Under the pieces are notes generated by a model, which was not told the origin of the DNA, ran no database searches, and saw nothing but the letters and a program-made list of their open reading frames with translations. Source: a virus (lineage: Duplodnaviria > Caudoviricetes). From it: 64,000 nucleotides of DNA. Below, piece by piece: positions 53,794 to 64,000 of this stretch (the stretch's first letter is position 1; every line of letters starts with the position of its first letter). Both the position numbers and the translations under genes were made by a program. The DNA lies in IMG/VR virus record IMGVR_UViG_3300035498_000179, positions 4,941 through 68,940 of that record; one strand, written 5' to 3'.

Positions 53794-54825
53794 ATGAAGC
53801 GATATAACGGTCTCTTTGAAAAGATTGTTTCTCTCGACAATATTATTCTAGCGCACAGTAATGCTAGAAAAGGAAAAACTAATAGATCAGATGTTAAAAA
53901 GGTCGATAATGATGTCATCGGTTACTGTACAAAAATACAGGAGATGCTAGTTAATGAGACTTATAGAACATCTGATTATTTTTTATTCAAGATATATGAA
54001 CCTAAAGAAAGAGTAATTTATAGACTGCCTTATTACCCTGATCGTATTATTCATCACGCAATTATGAATATACTTGAACCGATATGGGTTGGTTTGATGA
54101 TACCAAATACATACAGTTGCATAAAAAATCGAGGTATACACAAAGTGCTCCAAGATGTACAAAGAGATTTACATCGTGATCCAAAAGGTACCAAATACTG
54201 TTTAAAATTAGACATTAAGAAGTTCTACCCAACTATAGACCACGATATTTTGAAGCAAATCATACGTAGAAAAATTAAAGACGTACGATTGCTCAGATTA
54301 TTAGACCATATTATCGATTCTGCTGACGGTGTACCCATCGGTAATTATCTATCACAATTCTTTGCAAATCTGTACCTAAATTACTTTGACCACTATATAC
54401 AGGAACAATTAGGGTTTAAATATTATTATCGGTATGCGGACGACATTGTAATATTATTTGACGATAAATAGAAATTGCACGAATTGTATGAAACAATCGA
54501 AATATACTTGAAAACAAATTTAAAATTGACAGTCAAAAGTAACTACCAAGTCTTTCCAGTGGAGTCAAGAAGTATAAATTTCGTAGGTTATAAAATATAT
54601 CACGAATATACGTTAGTGCGTAATAATATAAAAAGACATTTCTGTAGAATAAATAATAAACTCTGTAAATGGACCGTTAGCTTCAAAAAATATCGTAGAA
54701 AACTAGCTAGCTTCATCGGTTGGTTTGGTTTTGCTGATTCAAAACACTTATTAAAAGGTAAAATACTGTACAAACAGCTATTAGTTTACCTCACTAAGCA
54801 ATTTAAGAAAGCAACTAAACAATAA
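53794..54825 (+). CDS. DGR reverse transcriptase (1 in-frame TAG at 54469), 343 aa
   Basis: DRIIHHA, YCLKLDIKKFYP, GVPIGNYLSQFFANLYL, YYRYADD and FVGY motifs. Two track ORFs join at DDK[Q]KLHE. Confidence 0.93.
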
Positions 54826-54838
54826 TAACCACGTTAAG
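54810..54838 (+). promoter_or_regulatory. ECF-type promoter AGCAAC-N16-CGTTAAG upstream of the holin
   Basis: Same spacing as the other copies but lacks the T-tract; overlaps the RT stop. Confidence 0.45.
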
Positions 54839-54899
54839 CTAGTCAGTTTCATATTTTATGCAGCTTGTAAAATATTAATTTATGGTTAGAAGTGAATAG

Positions 54900-55406
54900 A
54901 TGATGAGTTTTGCTAAACGTATATTTGGAGACGGCTATCTTTCACTCTGTGGATGGATAGCTGGATTAGCGGCTATACTAGCACCATCAGTACCATTGAT
55001 AGGTACCACGTTCCTCTTTATACTACTGGATTTATACTATGGTTATAAGGTATACTGTAAGTTTAGCAAAGATAAACATTTCCAATCTGTAAAGCTTTGG
55101 GATACACTTGAAAAGATGTGCTTTGCGGCTTTGATGATATCAGGATTTACGTTACTAGATAAATTCGTGTTTATGACGTACGATGATTTGGTGTTAGCGA
55201 AGACTATAGCTGGTGCTACATGTTTCGCCGAAATTGTTTCCTTACTGGAAAGTAGGAAAGCGCTTAAGCCAAATTCAATTATTACGAAGATCTTTACGAA
55301 AGTAATTAAATCAAAAGCAGAGAAATATCTAGATGTTGATATAACAGATATTGTAGATGAGGATGTAAAAAATATTACTAATGGTACCAAAGATAATACT
55401 AAATAA
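54900..55406 (+). CDS. Putative holin
   Basis: Several TM segments; FILLDLYYGY...AGATCFAEIVSLLE pattern of Bacteroidota phage holins; no TAG. Confidence 0.7.
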   Translation: MMSFAKRIFGDGYLSLCGWIAGLAAILAPSVPLIGTTFLFILLDLYYGYKVYCKFSKDKHFQSVKLWDTLEKMCFAALMISGFTLLDKFVFMTYDDLVLAKTIAGATCFAEIVSLLESRKALKPNSIITKIFTKVIKSKAEKYLDVDITDIVDEDVKNITNGTKDNTK

Positions 55407-56016
55407 TATTATCGGTCTATTTAAGAAATATAACAGGTTCGTAGCAGTGTTTATCATAGTGATACTCACTGCTATTTCTGTTTTATAGTATAAGTCTATA
55501 TAGACTAAGAATGCTGAAATAGATCGCATTACTAATAACTATGAATATTATAGTGATTAGTATAATAATACAGCTGAACACGCAAAAGTGTTATAGCTTA
55601 CGTTAGATGAATTTAAATAGTCTAATGATAGTCTGATACAGGAAATATAGACTGTACAGAAGAAGTTAAAGATCAAAGATAAAGAAGTTAATACAGCTTA
55701 GATAACTAATACAGTTGTTAAACATGATACTACTGTAGTAGTTAAGGATAAGGACTTCGATGTGGTAATCAAACCTAATGAGTTAACATCAATATAGATT
55801 ACTAAACAAGACACATTACTGACTCATAAGATTGAGATAGAAAATGCGCAGACAGTATTCTTAATCAATAAGAAAGAATATAAGCGGAAGTACTCTAATT
55901 GGTTTAAGAGATTACTCCACTTGGACTTCAAGAAGAAGACCGTATATGAATATCAAATTGATAACAGTAATGATTTAATAACAGTTAAAGATTCCAGATT
56001 AATTGAATTAAACTGA
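55381..56016 (+). CDS. Putative inner-membrane spanin-like protein, code 15 (8 TAG), 211 aa
   Basis: Open frame from ATG 55381 to TGA 56014-56016 when TAG = Gln. N-terminal TM anchor plus coiled coil; overlaps the holin; absent from the ORF track. Confidence 0.7.
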
Positions 56017-56041
56017 ATATTAATTTAAATAGATAATCAAT

Positions 56042-56545
56042 ATGTTATATGAAAGACTGAAGAGGCACGAATCAATGTACGGGCCTCATTTTACTGAGTC
56101 TTGTGCTTTGAAAGCGGTATCACGAATGGATAATGAAGATGGCACACACGGTGCTCACTGGAGCATTGATGACGCTGTTAAATTAGCTACGCAATATGGA
56201 GTCAAACTGGATACCAATAGATTCAATGAATACGACTGGTTTGTTGCATTGAATATGGTATACTCGGATTTCTATAAGGCGGTAGTTAATATGACTAGCA
56301 CTGACCACACTAAATACTTTGTTGAATTGACCAAAGCTTGGTTAGGTGACAAAGATGTTGAAGCTGGTAAGATGTGGCATTACTTTAAATATGTCATGTG
56401 TGATACAGAAGACGAAGAGGAAGAGTATTATACTACTCGAGAATACGCAGAATATGATGATGACGATGATGATTATGATGGCAGATACCACATTACTCAC
56501 AGACATCATTACCCGGAAATGCGAAGAATAAGATCAAGATATTAA
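56042..56545 (+). CDS. Hypothetical protein with an acidic tail
   Basis: 167 aa; contains FNEYDWFVALNMVYSD. Confidence 0.7.
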   Translation: MLYERLKRHESMYGPHFTESCALKAVSRMDNEDGTHGAHWSIDDAVKLATQYGVKLDTNRFNEYDWFVALNMVYSDFYKAVVNMTSTDHTKYFVELTKAWLGDKDVEAGKMWHYFKYVMCDTEDEEEEYYTTREYAEYDDDDDDYDGRYHITHRHHYPEMRRIRSRY

Positions 56546-56563
56546 TAATCAAAAATAAATACT

Positions 56564-57445
56564 ATGTACGAACCTGAAAAAATTTACGTACAGAATCAGG
56601 GTATTGATCCTGGCGTACTTGCTTTAATGCAAAACAAAGGAAATATGGATCCTGCAGCCTTGATGGCTATGATGAATAACGGTGGATTTGGTGGCAACGG
56701 CGGTTGGTATTGGATCTGGATTATACTGATATGGTTCTGCTGGGGTGGTTTCGGTGGTAACGGTTTTGGCGGTGCTAACGGAGCTAGTCAGTTGGCTAAT
56801 CAGTTGAATAATGATGCAGATACTAACTTGTTAATGAATGCTATCAATGGCAACAAAGAGTCTATCGCACAGTTGTCTACTACGCTGAATTGTGATATCA
56901 ACTCTGTTACTTCTGCACTGAATACTATCAATATGGGTATTACTAAATTAGCTGGTGATACTCAGTTGTCTGGTGCACAAGTTATCAATGCTATTACTTC
57001 TGGTGATGCTAATTTAGCTTCACAGATGGCTAGCTGTTGCTGCAACGTCCGTGAATCAATAAGCGGGGTTACAAATGCAATCACAAAGATGGGCTATGAA
57101 AACCAGTTATCAAACTGTAACTAGACTAACACACTACAGAATACTTTAACAGCAGGGTTTAACTCATTACTCTCTGACAACTGCAATAAGTTCAATCAGT
57201 TGAATAAGGTTATTGCAGCTCAAACACAGGTTATCCAGAATGGCTTCTGTGACTTAGAAAAGCGTCAACTCCAGCAGGAGATTAATGCTTTACGTGACGA
57301 ACGCTTCGGTTATCAGTTGGCTGCTTCACAGCAGAATCAGACTGCAAACCTTATCACTACTCTCAGACCTAACCCGATACCTGCTTATATTACTAGCAAC
57401 CCGTATTGTTCTTGCTCTACTACGACAACCACAACGGCTGCTTAA
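56564..57445 (+). CDS. Gly/Asn-rich membrane-associated protein (1 TAG at 57122)
   Basis: GGNGGWYWIWIILIWFCWGG...QMASCCCNV...CN[Q]TNTLQN; two ORFs in frame. Confidence 0.75.
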
Positions 57446-57454
57446 TACACAATT

Positions 57455-57478
57455 AAGGGGGCTTCGTGCCCCCTTTAA
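57455..57478 (+). terminator. Hairpin, possible terminator
   Basis: AAGGGGGC-TTCGT-GCCCCCTT-T. Confidence 0.55.
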
Positions 57479-57489
57479 TAACAATCAAT

Positions 57490-57975
57490 ATGCTGTTCAA
57501 TCAATTAAAAGCTAATGATACTGTGCATGTGTTAGAGATTACAGGCACATTTAAAAAGAATACGAGCTACAGTTTAGGTACTGTTACTTAGGTTTCACCG
57601 CAATATGATGAACCGTTACCTTAGGGTTAGTTCCCTATACCCGGATAGGTTCGGAAGAAACTGATAGACGTTACAGTTAACTGTGATGGGGAATCGAAGA
57701 AATTAACTGTTCAAGCTGATAAATCTATCATCAATGATACTGCTATAGGTCTTACGCTATCTACTGATAAGGGTGAGATAGTCAATATGATTAAGAACAG
57801 ATACAACGAGTGCAAGGCGAAGAAAGAAGCTATAGCAAGATATGATGAGGAGATGTCTCACTGTGAATAGATACTGGAATACTTGGGTTAGCCCGATGAG
57901 CAACCCAATGAAATGGACACATTAAAGAAGGAGTTAGCTGAATTAAAAGAGCTAATGAAGCAAAAGGTAGACTAA
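57490..57975 (+). CDS. Hypothetical protein, code 15 (6 TAG), 161 aa
   Basis: MLFNQLKANDTVHVLEITG... is open to TAA 57973-57975 when TAG = Gln; absent from the ORF track. Confidence 0.75.
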
Positions 57976-57992
57976 AAAGTCTACCTTTTTTG
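57962..57992 (+). terminator. Rho-independent terminator
   Basis: AAAAGGTAGAC-TAAAAA-GTCTACCTTTT followed by TT. Confidence 0.8.
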
Positions 57993-58224
57993 TTATACTG
58001 TGTTGCGCAGATCGCGGGAACCCGCTTTGTGCTCCCTAACGGTCGCAGTCGCGGGTTAGCTGACTGGCTGGATGGCGTATATAAATAGCTCGCTCAGCGA
58101 GAATTACTCGCTTCGCTCGCAATTTATATGAAAGAAAAGCTATTAGTTTGTAGAATAGTGGACTACATTCGGTACAACTTATTTGATTTTGCGTTTTTAA
58201 CTGAATAATTTAAATGCATTTAAA

Positions 58225-58893
58225 ATGAAATTATCCGAATTAGTTGATGATGTTTTACTCGATGTGCGCAACAATAACATCGGTGAATCCGAAAAGTTGA
58301 GTAGACATCAGATAGAATTGTGGATTAAGACGTATAGGGCGATGTTAATCAAACAGGATCTGGACAAAGATCGAACGGTTAATCCCCTGTATACGACTAC
58401 GATATCCACTCATGTAAGTAAGGTTGAGGAGGAACCTGGACACTACGAATATGTAGGTGATACAGAATTACCAACACTGATAGACTTCGCGAATAGACCT
58501 GGTGTGATATCAGTAAAAGATCAATATGGTAATCTTATCCAGTTGGGTTCTGAGACCAAAATGAAATTCTAGAAGTATCGTAGATATACCTGCAAAGACT
58601 ACATTGCCTATGTAAAGGGCAATAAGATATACGTAGAAGGTGCAAATAATATGCTTGAGTATATTGATGTAGAAGTAATAGCTGAGGATCCTACTGAACT
58701 AAAGAACTGCTTTGATCCAGATAAGGATGAATACCCGTTGCCTGGAGCTATGTGGAATACTATAAAGAAACTGATATTTGATACTGACATACGTATCATG
58801 TTCAGTGTACGTTCTGATACTACGAATGACTCGGCTGATGATACTCAGAATAATTTAACCCAGAGTAATAGAAGACAAAGATACTCAGCATGA
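58225..58893 (+). CDS. Tail/neck ring-type protein (1 TAG at 58570)
   Basis: MKF[Q]KYRRYTCKDY joins two ORFs. Confidence 0.7.
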
Positions 58894-59360
58894 CAGATCC
58901 AATAGTAAGACAAGCAGACCATACAGTATCGTATACTATCCCATCTTTCTATCTCGATTATAAACAGGGTATCGAAGCAGACAGTGTATACGATATAGAT
59001 TATCCTAAGTATAGAGCGATAGTAACCGATTACTTCAAGTATTTGCGTGATAGACTTATAGAAGAGTCCAGAAGAGTTAGATTACCATATAGAATGGGCA
59101 TAGTACAAATTGTTAAGCACAGACCTAAGCATTGGGACAACAGAAGTCTTAGAATTGATTACAAGGCTTCTAAAGACCTTGGTAAGGTCGTTTACTTGGA
59201 CAATATGCATTCAGACTTCTATAAGATGAGATTGTACTGGTCTAAGCTTGATATGATAGCGAGAAATTAGAGTAAGTACTAGATTGTACTTACGAGAGCT
59301 AATAAACGTAGATTAGCTCAGTGTATTAAACAAAAGCTTCACGATTACGAAGAGCTTTAA
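58890..59360 (+). CDS. IHF/HU-like crAss protein (2 TAG)
   Basis: YRAIVTDYFKYLRDRLIEE...VRLPYRMG.VQIVK; extends past TAG 59268 to TAA 59358-59360. Confidence 0.6.
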
Positions 59361-59371
59361 CACAAATTAAA

Positions 59372-60283
59372 ATGATACATAAATTAGTTACAAGTAAAGC
59401 CGTAATCGCAAAAGTAATTGCAGATTTAGGGCTTGAAGAGGATGATATAAAGATCTCTGATATAAAGGAGTGGATTAGTGAAGCGATCAATAAGATAGGT
59501 TCAGTTAATCAGCTCGAACACAGAGTTGTTACTCTTCCTCTGAACTCGTTTCAAGTAAAGTTACCTTGTGACTTATACAGACTGGATAGCGTAGCTTACT
59601 CCACTTGTGAGCATGGTGGTTGGGTACCGATGCGTAAAGCTACAGGTAGTTTCAGTGTATACGGTAATAAGCATAAGGAACATGATGAACCTGAAATGAT
59701 TGTGCAGGATAAAGACTTATACTAGATTGTTAAGAACATGTACAATCTGGTTAAGGATGAAGATGCTGCAAAGAAGCTAGAAGATATTAATTTAAGACAG
59801 ACTCTGAGCTGTCTGATCAATCACCACACAATTCCTTCAGTAAATGGTAATCCCCAGCATATGCACATGCAGACTAACATGAGCATGTATCCTTAGTATG
59901 ATACTAAGCCTGGCTACATTTTTACTAATGTATCTGATGGATTTCTTAAGATATCTTATTTTGCTCAGTATAGTGACGAGGACGGTATGTTACTTATACC
60001 AGACATGCCTTCATATTTTGAAGCTGCTTATTGGTATGTAGCAATGAAGTTACTATATATAGAGTATATTAAAGGTAACAAGCCGCAGAATATCTATTAC
60101 GATGCCAAACGTAGTTGGAACTTCTACTGTAGACAAGCATATGCAGATTCGTTGATGCCCAATACTGATGAGGTTACATCTATCGGTAATGCTTGGCATA
60201 CACTGGTACCTGAAGTAAGCGAACACGAGACATTCTACAGTACAACTGGTGATAGACATGCAATTTATAATTTCGACAGATAA
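59372..60283 (+). CDS. Tail/neck ring-type protein (2 TAG)
   Basis: ORFs 59372 and 59987 are in frame; contains VKLPCDLY.L and LLIPD..SYFEA. Confidence 0.7.
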
Positions 60284-63200
60284 TGGAACTTTTAAGTCAA
60301 GTAAATACTTTTACAGCTGGTATGGATATGGATACCGACGTAATCTATCTGAAAGATAATCAGTATAGATACGCCGAGAATATTCGTATTGTTACCAATG
60401 ATAATGGTACACATGGCGTATTACAGAACATTGAACCTGTTTCAGAGTACGAAGAAGGAATACCTGAAAACGAAACAGTATTAGGTGTTGCTACGACCTA
60501 GTGGTACAGAGATGGACAAGTAGAAGAGATTGGCGTAGTTCTGGTAAAGTATGATTTGAACGGCGTTAACTGTAATAAGTTATATGCGATATATAGCTTA
60601 GATAAGATTAACAACTTACGCAAAGTGATCATTAATGGTTTCTTGGAAATAGATTCTGAAGTACAAATGGTTTGTAATTATGAGTCTAACCTGACCAGCA
60701 ATGTTTACATTACTGATGGTAAATCTACTTTGAAAGTGATAAACTTACAAGAACCTGATGAAACCATTTTTACTGATCCCACAAAGTATGACATAACTCC
60801 AGGGTGTGTATTACTGCCCCCTAGATTTGTTTCTACTATTGCTGGCACTTTACCAGCAGGCTCCATACAATACTGTTACCAGCTGTTCGATCTGCGTGGT
60901 AGGGAAACTACTACCGCAGCTCTATCAGAAATGATTCCTGTATCGTCTACATCCAGTTATGGTAGTTCTTACAAGATCAAAGGTGACCTGAGAGGTACCA
61001 TCACTAATCAGGGTTGTAAGATATCTATTACATTCATGAATGACGGTAGATTTAATAAAGCCCGTCTGTATAGTATTATATATCATAGTGCTACGGAAGT
61101 GCCCAGTATCTATATACTGAATGAAGTAGATATACCGAATACAAACGAATACGAGTTCAATACATTTGAATACAGTGATACCGGTGGTGCATATATGTCG
61201 CAGATTACCGTAGAGTAGTTCAATGACATGGTACCAAATGAGTTTATTCCTCAAGCACTTGCTAAACTGGACAACAGATTATTCGCAGCAAACTTGCAAG
61301 AATCTACTTGGGATGTGGATTATGATGCCCGTGCATACAGATGTAATGCTTCTGGTACAGTTGTACTCGACAGTAGTAGTTCTGGTTAGATAACTGGTAC
61401 ATTGGGTTCAGATGGTAAGATTAGAAGTAACGGTAGTATAATCACAGTGCCATCTTCTCACGATTGTATAAACCCGTATAATATGGATTTATTCGATGAG
61501 AATGGTAAATATTATATATACGGGTACAATACTGCAGGAGAACTCACTTTAGGTGGTGTAGGGCCGAATATATCATATCAGTTTATATTCAAAGAGATTG
61601 GGCTATCTAATACTATAGCTACCAGTGCTAACACGGATGAATTGAATTATTCTGGTTCTGTTGGCGTAGGTAATGGTTCTGGATTGCGCGTATATACTTA
61701 TTATATGTATGGTACAGCAGCATCAACTGATGATTACTCTACTATGCCTGAGAACGCTATCGGTAATTACAGTAGTCCTTTTACCTGTGCTAAGTATCTT
61801 GGATATATGCGTGATGAGATATACAGATTTGGTATTATATTCTATAACCGTAAGAATATCCCTAGTCCTGTGCACTGGATTGGTGATATACGTATGCCGG
61901 GTATACAATTAGCTACCAGTGTAAGCAGTAAGATCTATCCGTTCCAAGCTAGTCTCAATAACAAAGAAATTGGTGGTTGGGCATTAGGTATTCAGTTTAC
62001 TGTGAATAATATACCTGAGGATGCTGTATCTTATGAGATCGTTAGATGCAATAGAACTTCCAGCGATAAAACCATCATTACGCAGGGTATACTTAGTTCA
62101 TTGGTAAAGTACGACCAGTGGGGTAAGAATGAAAACAATTACGGTACGTTGGATATAAGACCGCAGGCGTTCTTCAACTTATGGCCTAAGATGTATGTTA
62201 CACGAGATCATGGTGATAATGGACCTGACTATAATTTGTTGGAAATGGATTCTAGTTACTATGAATTTGTGTCACCTGAAATTTGTATCAGTAAAGACAA
62301 TATGCTCGATGCGATAAGCACTGGTAAACTAGTGTACCTTACATCAGTTCAATCAAAATATTATGTTTCCGGCGTTGATTGGTTGCGGTCTTGTTATATG
62401 CCGTCATACATTTATAACGTAGCCGTGGAAGACTCTCAGGTGGAGAATGACAATTTCTATGGGAAAGTCATGACTAAAAACAACCATACTTACTTAAGTT
62501 TTGGTGTAGGACCTAATAGCAGGCATAAAGACTGGAAAGATTACGGTACTTATTATACCAAGTATTACGGTGCTTGTGCGGTATACAAGTATTATTCCTT
62601 CATGGGCAGAATTTCTAAGTTTGATACAGCCGAAATAAAAGACGCTATAATGTCCCAGGATATACCTTATCAGACTAATCTGGAAGATGCTAAACAGTAC
62701 GCACAGTTCATTGGTAATAAAGCGTATATTAACCAAAGTACTGGTGGCTACAACTTCTATAGTAACCATGGTTATTGTGCAGTACTGCAGCTCGATGATA
62801 GTATATGCTTATCTGATAATGACCCGTCTTATTCGTGGGACTTTACAAAGACTGCAATTGCGAATGTAAAGCGTAATGTTGCACCATACGGTGGTAGTAC
62901 ATACGTCAACAGACAGACTTCCGTATACATTAGCTGTGGGGCTGCTGCAGATTCAAGCGTCAATGTAGTTAACTGTTGGGGTGGTGACACATATCTGAAC
63001 ATACTGGACTATCAGAATACATCTGTAACCCAGTATTCTAACGATAATAACAAGAACCGCGAAGACAGATATTGTACTGTATGTTATGTTCCATTGGAAT
63101 CATCGTTTAACTTAAATTATCGTTTAGATGATAGTTATCATAGAATAAGACAGACTTATGGTTATAATCTTATTCAGAACAAGCCTACTGTTGTGAGCAG

Positions 63201-64000
63201 TATGTATACACAGAAAGATGCGCTGTACTCGTATAACTCAGCTTACACTAGTAGAAGTGGTAGTAAGAATTACGTACCGAAGGCTTTATATTCGATTGAT
63301 AACAGTTTGAACAATACACGCATCACTTGTTCCGAGGCTAAATCCAATAATGAAACATTAGACTCTTGGACTAAATTTAAGTTTGCCAACTATATTGATG
63401 TAGATAGTCAATATGGACCTGTTACCAATCTCAAATCATTTGGTGGTAAGTTGTATTATTGGCAGAAGGATGCTGTTGGTGTAGCGTCTGTGAATGACAG
63501 ATCGTTGATTACTGATGAGAATAGTGCAGCATTGGTATTAGGTACGGGAGATGTGCTTACTAGGTATGACTACGTAGTTAATATGAATGGTTCTAGTAAG
63601 ATTTTCGACAAGAGCATAGTTGCTTCGCCAACTACACTATACTGGTATGATTCTAATAAGAATGAAATCTGCTCATTAGGTAACGGTTTTCAATCATTAT
63701 CAAAGCGTAGAAATGTACAGACATTCTTCAATAACAAGAGTATCAGTGATGGTACTGAAGTAAAGAGTGCGATGTACGATAAGAAGTACAATGAAGTGTG
63801 GTTTAGTACTAATACTAAGTCATTGGTGTTCAATGAACAGCTGGACTGCTTTACTTCATTTTACTCTCACAATCCTACTTGGGCATTTAAGTTTACCGAC
63901 AAAACTGTCACACTCGATAATAACACATTCTATATTACGAATAATATGAATGATATAGATGGCATAGAAAATGCTGGTAAATTAGATCTGATAAGTAAGC
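60283..64000 (+). CDS. Large tail tip/stabilisation (muzzle-type) protein, at least 3 TAG, runs off the window
   Basis: QVNTFTAGMDMDTD...YRYAENIRI N-terminus; the frame is still open at 64000. Confidence 0.75.

Noticed and set aside
24732-64000. Fragmented structural genes read as pseudogenes or sequencing errors
   Set aside because: Every break is TAG, never a frameshift or TAA/TGA; the fragments stay in frame and motifs expect Gln.
1-64000. CRISPR array, rRNA, integrase, release factor, aminoacyl-tRNA synthetase or smpB
   Set aside because: No repeat-spacer periodicity or matching motifs were seen in this window.

Overview
This is a 64-kb segment of a crAss-like (Crassvirales) Bacteroidota phage genome. 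The major capsid, portal and terminase look most like PhiCrAss001-type phages (recalled similarity, not database-checked). Genes left of ~17.3 kb run on the minus strand: small early-type genes, an ECF sigma factor and many RNA elements. Genes to the right run on the plus strand: GroES-like, ThyX, dUTPase, terminase, portal, capsid, tail, DGR and lysis genes. The right arm uses genetic code 15 (TAG = Gln). The ORF track breaks almost only at TAG, the fragments rejoin in frame, and conserved motifs need Gln there (for example RTIWG-Q-SFNG and YATRNS-Q-KAVN). The most striking element is an amber-suppressor tRNA (anticodon CUA) at 23630-24696, split inside its anticodon by a 995-nt group I intron that encodes an HNH endonuclease. 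It lies directly in front of the TAG-rich late region, so splicing is needed to create the tRNA that would decode the late genes. Other elements: a circularly permuted (two-piece) tmRNA, two hatchet-like ribozymes, a tRNA(CAU), six ECF-type AAC-N15/16-CGT promoters, a DGR whose reverse transcriptase itself contains an in-frame TAG, and a ~2-kb non-coding region rich in hairpins and pseudoknots. All calls were made by eye from the sequence; no searches were run.
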